A DNA stretch of 64,000 nt from Spirochaetota bacterium (GTDB lineage: Bacteria > Spirochaetota > UBA4802 > UBA5550), in assembly GCA_050298055.1 (NCBI GenBank), contig JBNKTL010000007.1, positions 46,394 to 110,393 on the forward strand, given 5' to 3'. The notes under the pieces are model-generated. The model was not told the origin of the DNA, made no database searches, and saw nothing but the letters and a program-made list of their open reading frames with translations. Below are positions 50,007 to 59,735 of this stretch, piece after piece; the first letter of the stretch is position 1, and each line of letters starts with the position of its first letter. The translations under genes were made by a program, and so were the position numbers.

Positions 50007-51254
50007 ATGATTTACCACTACCAGGCCCTGGATAAAAAAGGAGAAAATGTCTCAGATTTTATTGATGCCCCCTCCGAGAACTCGGCGAGACAGAAAATAC
50101 GGCAGAAGGGATTCTATCCCGTTAAGCTTGAGAGAAAGGATATCAGTACTGAGAGCAAGGATGAAAAAGGCGGTCGTTTTAAGTTCCTCTTTGACAGGAT
50201 AGCTTATCTCCTGGGCACGCGGTTTATCAGCAAACAGGTAGGGCTCTTCTCCCGGCAGCTTGCCACCCTTCTCAAAGCCGGCATGCAGCTCCCCATGGCA
50301 ATATCCAATATCATCGAACAGATCGAAAACAAGCATTTCAGGAATATTATCGCCGATGTAAAGGAGAAGCTTGAAGAGGGCTCCTCATTCTCCAACGCGC
50401 TTAAGAGACACAGGAACGCTTTCTCCGATATGTATGTGAGTATGGTCCTGGTTGGGGAAAATCTCGGGTCCCTGGACCATGTTATGGAGAGGCTTGCGGA
50501 ATCCGAAGAGAAAAGGCTGATGATGAAAAACAAGGTCCAGGCAGCCCTCTACTACCCGGCATTCATGCTTGTTTTTGCAATCATTGTTGTTGTGTTCCTG
50601 ATGATAAATGTTATACCCTCCATATCGGAAATGTTTATTGAACAGAACAAAAAACTTCCCCTTTCCACGGAAATTGTCATCGCGGTGAGTGATTTTCTTT
50701 CGTACACCTGGTATCTCATTCCCTTCCTGATACTGGGAATTATCTACCTGGTAAAAAGGACAGCCCGTTCAAAAGAAGGGAAAAGGAAACTGGATGAATA
50801 CAAGCTGAAAATTCCGTTGATAAAAGGTTTATACAAAAAGAACCTTGTCTACAGGTTCACGCAAAATCTCGGCATTCTTATGGACAACAAGGTGGACATT
50901 ATCAAATCTTTTGAAATTGTGGGAAAGATCGTGGATAATTCGGTTGTTGAAGAGAAGATCATCGAAGCGGGAAAGCAGATCAAAGAGGGTTCTTCCATCT
51001 CCAACGCCCTTAAAAAGTCTGAGTTCCTGCCAAAAATGGTCCTGGGCATGATAGCGGCAGGTGAAGCCAGCGACCAGCTTGATGCCATGATGCTGAATAT
51101 CGGGAAGGTCTATGAGACGGAAATAGAGCTGACAATCACAAGTCTTACAAACCTTCTGGAGCCTGTTATTATCATTATCATGGGATTGTTGATAGGAACA
51201 ATCGTTATGGCGGTTATGCTGCCCATGATGGAGATGAACCTGCTGGTTCAGTAA
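50007..51254 (+). CDS. gspF: T2SS inner-membrane platform protein
   Basis: FSRQLATLL.AG, ALYYP, GEAS..L, LLEP. Confidence 0.95.
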   Translation: MIYHYQALDKKGENVSDFIDAPSENSARQKIRQKGFYPVKLERKDISTESKDEKGGRFKFLFDRIAYLLGTRFISKQVGLFSRQLATLLKAGMQLPMAISNIIEQIENKHFRNIIADVKEKLEEGSSFSNALKRHRNAFSDMYVSMVLVGENLGSLDHVMERLAESEEKRLMMKNKVQAALYYPAFMLVFAIIVVVFLMINVIPSISEMFIEQNKKLPLSTEIVIAVSDFLSYTWYLIPFLILGIIYLVKRTARSKEGKRKLDEYKLKIPLIKGLYKKNLVYRFTQNLGILMDNKVDIIKSFEIVGKIVDNSVVEEKIIEAGKQIKEGSSISNALKKSEFLPKMVLGMIAAGEASDQLDAMMLNIGKVYETEIELTITSLTNLLEPVIIIIMGLLIGTIVMAVMLPMMEMNLLVQ

Positions 51255-51285
51255 ATTTTTAAAATTCATTTCAAGGAGTGGTTTA

Positions 51286-51726
51286 ATGAGAGTATATATT
51301 AAAAGAAAAATGAAAGAGCTCACAGCAGAGCTGAAAGATAATTCGGGTGTGACACTTATAGAGATCCTCATCGTTGTGGCCATTCTGGCGATCATGGGCG
51401 GGCTTGTTGTTCCCCGGCTCATGGATCTCCCCAAGAAGGCAAAGGTTACTGCCGCAAAAACAGATATCAGAACATTTTCAACCGTACTGGACCTCTATGC
51501 ATCTGAAGGTGACCTGCCCACAAATGAGGAGGGGCTCCAGAAACTGGTTGATGACGGAAAGATCAAAAAGGGAAAAAATGTACTCAATGATCCCTGGGGA
51601 CATCCCTATGAGTACAGGTCTCCCGGTGAGGCTGATGAGAGCAATCCCTACGAAGTGTGGAGTTACGGCGCCGACGGGAAACCGGGCGGAGAAGGATTTG
51701 ATGCCGATATAAAGAGCTGGGAGTAG
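51286..51726 (+). CDS. gspG: T2SS major pseudopilin
   Basis: G|VTLIEIL prepilin site, PT.EEGL, DPWG.PY.Y..PG, SYGADG..GG...D. Confidence 0.94.
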   Translation: MRVYIKRKMKELTAELKDNSGVTLIEILIVVAILAIMGGLVVPRLMDLPKKAKVTAAKTDIRTFSTVLDLYASEGDLPTNEEGLQKLVDDGKIKKGKNVLNDPWGHPYEYRSPGEADESNPYEVWSYGADGKPGGEGFDADIKSWE

Positions 51727-51728
51727 CA

Positions 51729-52316
51729 GTGTCATTTTTCCATTCTTTTAAAATAAGGGTCCTGAAGAGCCAGAAAGGGGTGACCCTTGTGGAGATCCTT
51801 GTAGCGGCCCTCATTATCTCCATACTTGTGGGTACCGTAGGGCCCCGGGTAACAGGTTTTTTCAGCAGTAAACGTGAAAACCTGGCCATTTTCACAGGCA
51901 TTATTAAAAAGGTCTTTGATGATGCCTTTTTAAACGACAGGATAAATTATCTGGTCATCCATCTTGCCGATTCGGCCCTGTCTGAATCTGAAAACGAAGA
52001 AGAAAATGATGTGATGACAAGGGAGAACGGCATGTCTGTCGTAAACCTGGTGAATGGAAGATTTGTGGAGAGCAAACGAAAACTCTTTCAGAACAAGAGC
52101 TTCCCCGATTCCTTCAGGATTGATGAAGTGGTTCTCCATACCGGTGAAATAATCACCGGCGGCAATGTCATGGTCCCCTTCTATCCCCAGGGATATTCGG
52201 ATAATGTTATCATTCACCTGATTGTCAATGACGAGGAGAGGTTTTCGATAAGGATATATAAACAGCTCAAAGAACCGGAGATTGAAAAGGGATATACTTT
52301 TTTTGACAGGGTGTGA
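51729..52316 (+). CDS. gspH: T2SS minor pseudopilin H-like
   Basis: G|VTLVEIL, FYPQG; position in cluster. Confidence 0.8.
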   Translation: MSFFHSFKIRVLKSQKGVTLVEILVAALIISILVGTVGPRVTGFFSSKRENLAIFTGIIKKVFDDAFLNDRINYLVIHLADSALSESENEEENDVMTRENGMSVVNLVNGRFVESKRKLFQNKSFPDSFRIDEVVLHTGEIITGGNVMVPFYPQGYSDNVIIHLIVNDEERFSIRIYKQLKEPEIEKGYTFFDRV

Positions 52317-52699
52317 TGAGACGCTTTTTCAAACAGAGAAAAGGTTTTGCCCTTGTGGAGATACTGATAGCGATCACAATACTTTCAATGCTCCTTCTCA
52401 GTATCTATACCAGTGTTTCGGCAAGTATCGGGGTTATTTCCGGAACGAAAAATTACACCCGGGCGATGATTATTGCCAAATCAAAAATGAATGAATTCAT
52501 TCTCCTGAGGATGAGAGGGTCGGATATCAGCAGGGAATCCGTAAAAGAATATGAAGATTTCACTTTCAGCAGGGAAACCACGAGGTATGAGAACGAACTC
52601 CTGGGACCAATTCCCGCCCAGAAAACCGATATTACTGTCTTCTGGAAGGAAAACGGGAGAGAGAAAAAATACTCGCTTTCATATATCTATGCCAAATAA
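52313..52699 (+). CDS. gspI: T2SS minor pseudopilin I-like
   Basis: G|FALVEILIAITI; position in cluster. Confidence 0.8.
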   Translation: MMRRFFKQRKGFALVEILIAITILSMLLLSIYTSVSASIGVISGTKNYTRAMIIAKSKMNEFILLRMRGSDISRESVKEYEDFTFSRETTRYENELLGPIPAQKTDITVFWKENGREKKYSLSYIYAK

Positions 52700-53357
52700 A
52701 CGCATATCAAAAACCTCAGAGGGCATATTTTCAAACGGAGGATTTACACTTATAGAGATCCTCGTTGCTACTGCCATTGCGTCACTGATCATGATCATGG
52801 TGACCACGGCATATAACTCTATGGTTGCATCGATTAGAGAAGTTACTCTTTACGCGGGATTCTATGAAGATGTTAACCTGGCAATCTACAGGATCGATAA
52901 GGATATTTCCAATATCTATTTCAATAAATTGAATAAAAATATCAGTTTTATTGCAGATAAGGAGAATGAAAACAGCATTCTGAATTTTGTGACAACCGAA
53001 TACCTCAAATTCAATATTCTGGGTAGCATCAAACGCCCTGTCCCGTCAAGTGACATCAAGGAGGTGGGTTATTACCTGGAGAGTGACAGGAAGAGTAAAA
53101 ACCACAGCTGGCTCCTTATCAGAAGAGAGGACAAACACTATGATAACGAACCCCTGGAAGGCGGTGAAACGAATATTCTCCTGAGAAATGTTGTCAGCCT
53201 CGATTTCTCCTTCAAACAGGGTAACGACTGGACTGAAAGATGGGATTCCCGGCAGAATAAAAGAATCCCTTCTGCGGTCAAAACAAGACTGGTAATTATA
53301 AATAATAAAAATAAAGAGGAAGTTTTTGAGTTTATATCAGCTTTGAATATGAACTAA
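52689..53357 (+). CDS. gspJ: T2SS minor pseudopilin J
   Basis: G|FTLIEILVA, W..RW....IP.AV; start moved to ATG 52689. Confidence 0.85.
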   Translation: MPNKRISKTSEGIFSNGGFTLIEILVATAIASLIMIMVTTAYNSMVASIREVTLYAGFYEDVNLAIYRIDKDISNIYFNKLNKNISFIADKENENSILNFVTTEYLKFNILGSIKRPVPSSDIKEVGYYLESDRKSKNHSWLLIRREDKHYDNEPLEGGETNILLRNVVSLDFSFKQGNDWTERWDSRQNKRIPSAVKTRLVIINNKNKEEVFEFISALNMN

Positions 53358-53379
53358 CAGACTTTTCAGAGATAAAACG

Positions 53380-54618
53380 GTGTTAAAAGAAGCTCTAAAG
53401 AAGATCAGGGAAAACTATGAGGAGAGGAGGATCCGGCTTCACTCACGGGGTGTATACCGCTACATTGCGGGCAGCGGAGGATATGTTCTTATTATCGTCC
53501 TTATTATCACCACTCTCCTTATCACTCTCGCGGGGGATTTTCTCATAGCATCACAGACAAACATCGGTTATATGAGAAAATTCAGCAAGAGGCTGCAGGC
53601 ACTTCACCTGGCAAAATCGGGTATGGAACTGGGAAAGGTCATTTTGCAGGCAGACAAGAGCGGTGCTGCGGGCAGTTTCTTTTCAGGAAAGTCAGCCGAT
53701 AAGAACATCGACAGCTATAAAGATATATGGGCAATCGATTTCCCTGAAATACCCTTTGAAAACGGTACAATTAAGATAAAAATTACCGATGAAAACTCCA
53801 AGATAAACCTGAGTGTACTTGCCAATGAATTCGTTGATAAAACCACCTATTATGGTATTACACAGCGTTTCTTCATGAACATGGGGCTTCCCATTGATTT
53901 TGCCGATGTTATCATCGACTGGGTTGATATTGACGATGCCAGCTTCCCCTATGGAGCGGAATCAGGGGATTACTACATGAGCCTTAAGGACCCCTACCCC
54001 GCCAAGAACAATGCAATGAACAGCATCGATGAGATGCTTCTTCTCAAAGACATGACACCTGAGATTTTTTACGGAATGGGCGGCGGAAATTCAGGACTGG
54101 AAGAAAACCTTGCCGATCACAATAGGGGAGATACCTCTTTCAGCTTTGATATGGATGATATTGGGGAAAAGATGAAAGAGTTGGGGCAAACAACAAAACA
54201 GAATATTCATGAAAACGATAATGAAATATTAGCGAGACGAATTGGAAAGGAGAAGAGCAGAAGGCTTTCAGACTATTTCAGGGTCCATGGGAAGCGTGAG
54301 GTCTACAATGATGAACTCAATAAGATAAATATCAACACCGCATCCTATAGGGTCCTCTCATCATTAACAGAGAATATACCCGACGATATTGTAACAGAGA
54401 TTATCAGCCGGAGGTTAGCGAGTCCTTTTAAATCGGTTGATGAGATCAAGGACCTTATGGACACGGAGGCATTCAGCAACCTGAAGAGTAACATCCTGAG
54501 TGTTAAATCCTATATTTTTAAAATTGAATCTACTGCTAAAGTAGTGGACACAAAAATAACCATTACGGCAATATACAACAGGAGCAGCAAAAAATTTCTC
54601 TACTGGTCTGAAGAATAG
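53380..54618 (+). CDS. gspK: T2SS minor pseudopilin K
   Basis: Hydrophobic pilin segment without Glu5, ITDENSKINL, IIDWVD.D, GAE..YY, KININTA. Confidence 0.9.
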   Translation: MLKEALKKIRENYEERRIRLHSRGVYRYIAGSGGYVLIIVLIITTLLITLAGDFLIASQTNIGYMRKFSKRLQALHLAKSGMELGKVILQADKSGAAGSFFSGKSADKNIDSYKDIWAIDFPEIPFENGTIKIKITDENSKINLSVLANEFVDKTTYYGITQRFFMNMGLPIDFADVIIDWVDIDDASFPYGAESGDYYMSLKDPYPAKNNAMNSIDEMLLLKDMTPEIFYGMGGGNSGLEENLADHNRGDTSFSFDMDDIGEKMKELGQTTKQNIHENDNEILARRIGKEKSRRLSDYFRVHGKREVYNDELNKININTASYRVLSSLTENIPDDIVTEIISRRLASPFKSVDEIKDLMDTEAFSNLKSNILSVKSYIFKIESTAKVVDTKITITAIYNRSSKKFLYWSEE

Positions 54619-54635
54619 GTGTCAGGAGTATTGTC

Positions 54636-56267
54636 TTGTTTGAAAATATTGCGGCAATTGATATTGGAACATCATCCGTTAAAGTGATCACCGTAAAGAC
54701 AGGTTTGAGAGACTTCCAGGTGAAATCTTTCGCGTATGAGGATATTGACCTGAATGTCGAAGACCCGGGTGAAGCCCTGAATGACGCACTCTCCCGGGTT
54801 TTGCGGGAGGAGGATATTACGGAGATGAAGACCATCACCACCCTCCCCATGGAGAGAGCCGTCATTAGAAACGTGACCTTCCCGTTCAGCGATGTTGAAA
54901 AAATCGCTGAAGCAATACCCTATGAGGCAGAAGAGAACATTCCCTTTCATATCGACCAGATGGTCCTGGATTTTCAGTCCCTGAAAAGTGACAGCAGGGA
55001 AGAAGGGAGAATACTTCTTGCCGCAACGCATAAAGAGGGAATGCACCAGTTTATAAGAGTCCTGGGAGAACAGAATATCAGGCCAGTGGTTATGAAGCTT
55101 GAAGCGAACTGCCTTTTCGAATGTTACAGGTACTTTAACACAATAGAAGACGAATCTGTCATACAGCTCCATGTGGGAAACAGCAAGACACTGATAAACA
55201 TCATTCGGGATAACAACCTGCTTTATACCCGGTCAGTATCCATGGGGATTTCCCACATCAGGAAAGAAATATCTGGAATACTCAAACTTTCCCCTGCGGA
55301 AACTTCCCGGGTGTTCGATCAACTCTCTCTGGACATTACCTCCTTTGAAAATAATGTACAGAAGGGAATTTACAGGAACCTTGATATTACAAAACCGAAA
55401 CTGAAAAAGATATTTAATGCGGCCATTGAGGTTATAGAGGACCTCGGCGAACAGATCAACCTTACCGTCAAGGCCTTCTCTGTGAATACCGGTGATCTTG
55501 ATTTTAACAGGCTGCTTATTTCCGGCGGCGGATCTAACCTTGCCGGGATAGGCACAAGGATCTCCAAAGGTCTCGGCATTCCTGTTGTGGCCCTTCCTTT
55601 CCTGGAGGATTACAAAGAGCAGAAACTCCAGACACAGTTCCCCGTTGTTTTCGGGGCCATACTCTCATATCTCAACAAAAAATCATATTCCATTAATTTT
55701 CTCAAGGGTGAATTTCTCCCGGATGTTGACAGGTCTTCACGGAAGGTCTACTATCTCTCCGGAATGTTTCTCGCTGCCACGCTCCTCGTATTATTAATAA
55801 ATATAATTATCTCAACTGTTTTAACCTCAAAATCAAACAGCCAATATGACAGGATCATTGCAGATAAATACAAGCGGTACTTCAAGGGGAAAAATGTCCC
55901 GGAAAATCCCATTGCAGAAGCAAACAAAAAAATAAAGAAGGAAAAAGCCGAACTTGATAATATACGAGTGCTTGTAAAACATGATGCTTCGGTCCTGGAT
56001 CTTTTAAATGATATCCTCCTCAACTTCAAGGGACAGGAAAACTTTGAACTGAAAAACCTTGTTATCAATGAAAGGATTATCAGGTTTGACGGCTCTGTGG
56101 GAACCAGTAACACAATCGATGACTTCAAGGAGAAGTTAATAAAAAGCAAAAAGTATGATTCGGTTTCATTGAACATTAAGCTGTCCAGGAAAAACGATGT
56201 CCGGTTTACCATGACAATTAAACAGAAGAGTGAGAAGGACATAAAAAAGAAAGGTAAACAAAAATGA
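54636..56267 (+). CDS. gspL: T2SS GspL with PilM-like actin-fold domain plus TM and periplasmic part
   Basis: IDIGTSSVK, EAEENIPF, SGGGS, INFL, single TM. Confidence 0.82.
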   Translation: MFENIAAIDIGTSSVKVITVKTGLRDFQVKSFAYEDIDLNVEDPGEALNDALSRVLREEDITEMKTITTLPMERAVIRNVTFPFSDVEKIAEAIPYEAEENIPFHIDQMVLDFQSLKSDSREEGRILLAATHKEGMHQFIRVLGEQNIRPVVMKLEANCLFECYRYFNTIEDESVIQLHVGNSKTLINIIRDNNLLYTRSVSMGISHIRKEISGILKLSPAETSRVFDQLSLDITSFENNVQKGIYRNLDITKPKLKKIFNAAIEVIEDLGEQINLTVKAFSVNTGDLDFNRLLISGGGSNLAGIGTRISKGLGIPVVALPFLEDYKEQKLQTQFPVVFGAILSYLNKKSYSINFLKGEFLPDVDRSSRKVYYLSGMFLAATLLVLLINIIISTVLTSKSNSQYDRIIADKYKRYFKGKNVPENPIAEANKKIKKEKAELDNIRVLVKHDASVLDLLNDILLNFKGQENFELKNLVINERIIRFDGSVGTSNTIDDFKEKLIKSKKYDSVSLNIKLSRKNDVRFTMTIKQKSEKDIKKKGKQK

Positions 56268-56779
56268 TCAGTCTTACTGACAGAGAGAAGAAACTTCTTA
56301 CAATCCTGGTTGCATTTACCGGGGTAGTGCTGGTTTACTTTGTTATCATCAGACCCATTGTGGAATTCAAATCAGGTCTGGAAACTGAGTATCAGACAAA
56401 TCTCCAGAGGCTTAATTCTCTTGATAAGCTCTACGAAGAATATCTTCAACTGAGAGAGGAGAAGGAGAAATACCAGAATTTACTCAGAAGCAACGAAGGC
56501 GTTACTGCTCTTATTGAAAACATAGCAAAGCAGACAAATATCCTTAATAACAAGGTCTATACCAGGGACAACCCGAGCAATATTCAGGGTAAATTCAAAA
56601 AAGTCTCAACCGAAGTCAAGTTTGAAGGTGTTGACATGAGATCAATGATGAACTTTATTTATAAGCTGGAAAATTCAAACAAGATAATAAAAATTGCCTA
56701 TATGAGAGTCCGGCTGGCACTGAAAGGCAAGGATGTATACGACGTCACCCTGAAAATAGACAGCTATACTTCACTTTAA
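56264..56779 (+). CDS. gspM: T2SS protein M
   Basis: LTDREK N-terminus, TM, coiled coil, V....M.FIY.LE. Confidence 0.85.
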   Translation: MISLTDREKKLLTILVAFTGVVLVYFVIIRPIVEFKSGLETEYQTNLQRLNSLDKLYEEYLQLREEKEKYQNLLRSNEGVTALIENIAKQTNILNNKVYTRDNPSNIQGKFKKVSTEVKFEGVDMRSMMNFIYKLENSNKIIKIAYMRVRLALKGKDVYDVTLKIDSYTSL

Positions 56780-56786
56780 ACGAAAC

Positions 56787-56911
56787 GTTACGGCTCAGCT
56801 CTATGGCAAAAATATATGTATTTACAATAAATACCGGTAATATGTCCCCGCCGCCGAAGGCGGCGGAGACATATCAGTTGTGTATTGTATAATACAGAGC
56901 TTAGTCATAGC
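56787..56911 (+). repeat. Palindromic MITE/REP-like element, copy C (between gspM and gspN)
   Basis: Core ATATGTCCCCGCCGCC-GAA-GGCGGCGGAGACATAT (56840-56874); ends GTTACGGCTCAGCTCT / AGAGCTTAGTCATAGC. Confidence 0.85.
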
Positions 56912-56937
56912 AATGAAATGTATATACGGATGTAAGC

Positions 56938-57909
56938 ATGGATATATCAAATATTAAAAGCAGTGCGGGAGAATTTTTTAAAAGAGCAGCGGTAAAACTC
57001 AGAGAAACCCTTGCCCTTCCCTATGCCAAAACATATATTGTGTTATCAATACTCATTACAGCTTTTATTACTGTGATGATGTTCCCCTATGATATGCTGC
57101 TGAGAAATCAATTACAGAAACTGGAAAAAAAATATGTTAGCAGCATCTATATAGGAAACATTGACACAAGCCTTATTGATGTTACGGTCATTGAGAGTCT
57201 TCATACCGTTTTTAAAAACAGTAATGAACTTACTATGGGCTCTATAACCCTGAATCCTTCAATCAATCCCTATACACTTTTCTATAAAAATAATATAAAA
57301 ACTGATCTCCAGATTTCAAAGCTCAGCTACAAGACCTCCAATGCCGATGTCACCCTGAAGGTCAATGGAAACATCGATGTTGTTATGGATTCAAATTTTA
57401 ACATGATCCAAGAGGGACATATTGTGCTTATGATACAGAATGCACTCTTAAAGATCCCCGAAATAAAAATCCCCTCTCCTATGGGAGAATTTCCCCTGAC
57501 ACTCCCTGATATGAAGATCACATCCGTAAATTTTGAATCAACAATTGAAAACCATGAACTTAAAATAAATAAATTGAATGTCTCCGGTCAGGACCTCAGA
57601 GGGAGTATAAGCGGATCTATGAAACTTGCAAATATTTTCAATAACTCTTCTCTCAATCTCATAATCACCATAGATCCGGAATCAAAAGCCCTGGCAGATT
57701 ATAAAGAGATGTTAACAGGATTTCTTGATAAAAAAGGAAAGCTGACAATTCCCCTCAGAGGGACTCTGGCAAACCCGAGGACCGATATGAAAAAACCGCA
57801 AAATGAAAAAACAATGCAGGATAAATTTTCGAAACCTCCTGAAAGTCAGTTGAAACCTGAAGGACATGTTCCCGGACTGCGACGTAATAAGATTAAAAAC
57901 TTTAAATAA
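56938..57909 (+). CDS. gspN: T2SS protein N (AsmA-like)
   Basis: TM then FPYD, C-terminal LRGTLANP; last gene of the cluster. Confidence 0.78.
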   Translation: MDISNIKSSAGEFFKRAAVKLRETLALPYAKTYIVLSILITAFITVMMFPYDMLLRNQLQKLEKKYVSSIYIGNIDTSLIDVTVIESLHTVFKNSNELTMGSITLNPSINPYTLFYKNNIKTDLQISKLSYKTSNADVTLKVNGNIDVVMDSNFNMIQEGHIVLMIQNALLKIPEIKIPSPMGEFPLTLPDMKITSVNFESTIENHELKINKLNVSGQDLRGSISGSMKLANIFNNSSLNLIITIDPESKALADYKEMLTGFLDKKGKLTIPLRGTLANPRTDMKKPQNEKTMQDKFSKPPESQLKPEGHVPGLRRNKIKNFK

Positions 57910-57971
57910 CTAGTGAAAAGAACCATGGTAAAGTTACTTCTGAATTTGATAACGACATAAAGGTTGTAATA

Positions 57972-59735
57972 TTGAAAATTGAACTGGCAAAACATTCCGG
58001 ATTCTGCATGGGCGTCCGAAACGCTATTCTTAAAATTGTTAAAGAGATAAATACCTCGTCTGAAGATATCTATATTTACGGCCCATTGATTCACAATCCA
58101 CAGACAATAAATGTTCTGACCAACAGGGGGCTGAAAACCGCTACAGACCTGGAGGATATCCATGATAAAGATATCGCGATCAGGACACATGGGATCACTA
58201 TTGAAGAAAACATAAAACTTAAGAAAAATGCACGACGACTGATTAATCTCACCTGTCCCCGGGTCGCACGGGTACAATCAATTATAAAAAAATACTCAAA
58301 CAACGGTTATTACACCATCATCATCGGTGACACGAATCATGCCGAGGTTATCGGTCTGAAGAGTTATGCGAAAAATGGTGTAACGGTCATTTCCCGTATG
58401 GATGATATTGCGCAAATTCCTCGGAGATCTAACTACATCCTCGTCTCTCAGACTACCCTTGATCGGCAATTCTTTGATTCTATCGTCAACACTCTCATAG
58501 AAAAATACAGGAACATTGAAATCATCGATACCATATGTGATTCAACAAGGCTCAGGCAGGACGATGTGATCAGGGGAATAAAAAAAGGAATTGACACTCT
58601 TGTTGTCGTTGGCGGAAAGAACTCGGCAAATACAAAGAGGCTTGCAAAGATTGGCCAGGAATCGGGAATACAGACCTTCTATATTGAAACCGAAGAGGAA
58701 ATCAGCGGTCAGGATTTTGACAACGCGAACAATGTCCTTGTAACTGCTGGTGCGTCAACACCGGGTTGGATTATCAACAATGTTCTGGAAAAGCTCTTTA
58801 ACATAAAATATAAAAAAACGCATTTCATGGTCAATACCGTGAAAATCCTTCTCGAGTTAATCGTGAGGAGCAACCTTCTTTCAGCTATTGCTGCTTTTTT
58901 CATGACCCTGTTGGCACAGATCTTTTATGGTATCGATCTCGATTTCAGGTATCCTTTAATATCATTCTTTTTCATTTTTTCAATGCATTCAATCAATAAT
59001 TATTTTGACCGGGATTTCCTGAAGACATGCAACTCCTATAAGTATTTGATCTATAACAGGTTTGGGATTGAACTTTTGTTTATTTCCATTCTGTTTATGT
59101 CAGCATCTGTTGTTTTTGCTGTGGACCTGAATGCTGAATCAATTTTTATCCTTCTCTTATCATACATCTTCGGATTCACCTATTCAACAGAACCTGTTAA
59201 ATCCTTCATAAAGAAGCTGCCCTTTCAATTCCTGAGAAGAATCTACAGTACAAAAATTATAACCTCTTTCGGCTGGCTGCTGGTCGTTGTTGTTCTTCCC
59301 CTGATCAATCACACCGTGGATTATCTTTTTCTTATCACACTCACTGCTCTTATCTTTGGATATGTTTTTATCAGGCACATGCTTATAGACCTCATAGCGC
59401 TCCAGGGAGATCTTATTTTTGGAAGGGAAACACTCCCGATCCTTGCAGGGATCGGGAACATAAGGACTATCATCTACTTTTTTTCCGGTGTATCCACGCT
59501 GCTTCTTATTATCACTGCATTGTACAGCAGTGATTATCTTATTCTTTTATATATCATTAACTTTATCTATTTTTTCAAGCTTTTCAACAAGATAAACAGG
59601 ATCACTTATCTGATATCACTTAAATATGAACTGCTTGTTGACTTTAACTACCTGTTGCTGATCATCTTCAGTATAATACTCTTATACTTCAATCCCGGCG
59701 TAGACCTCTTTTCAGTATCAAGGATAATACCATGA
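57972..59735 (+). CDS. ispH: IspH (HMBPP reductase) fused to a UbiA-like multi-TM domain
   Basis: GFCMGV, GPLIHN, TCPRV, SQTT, TICDST, GGKNSANT, TAGASTP; then ~9 TM helices with N.YFD and GD...GRET. Confidence 0.92.
   Translation: MKIELAKHSGFCMGVRNAILKIVKEINTSSEDIYIYGPLIHNPQTINVLTNRGLKTATDLEDIHDKDIAIRTHGITIEENIKLKKNARRLINLTCPRVARVQSIIKKYSNNGYYTIIIGDTNHAEVIGLKSYAKNGVTVISRMDDIAQIPRRSNYILVSQTTLDRQFFDSIVNTLIEKYRNIEIIDTICDSTRLRQDDVIRGIKKGIDTLVVVGGKNSANTKRLAKIGQESGIQTFYIETEEEISGQDFDNANNVLVTAGASTPGWIINNVLEKLFNIKYKKTHFMVNTVKILLELIVRSNLLSAIAAFFMTLLAQIFYGIDLDFRYPLISFFFIFSMHSINNYFDRDFLKTCNSYKYLIYNRFGIELLFISILFMSASVVFAVDLNAESIFILLLSYIFGFTYSTEPVKSFIKKLPFQFLRRIYSTKIITSFGWLLVVVVLPLINHTVDYLFLITLTALIFGYVFIRHMLIDLIALQGDLIFGRETLPILAGIGNIRTIIYFFSGVSTLLLIITALYSSDYLILLYIINFIYFFKLFNKINRITYLISLKYELLVDFNYLLLIIFSIILLYFNPGVDLFSVSRIIP

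Noticed and set aside
24834..56874. 35-37-bp palindromic repeats as CRISPR repeats
   Set aside because: Copies are kilobases apart, with no spacer array and no cas genes
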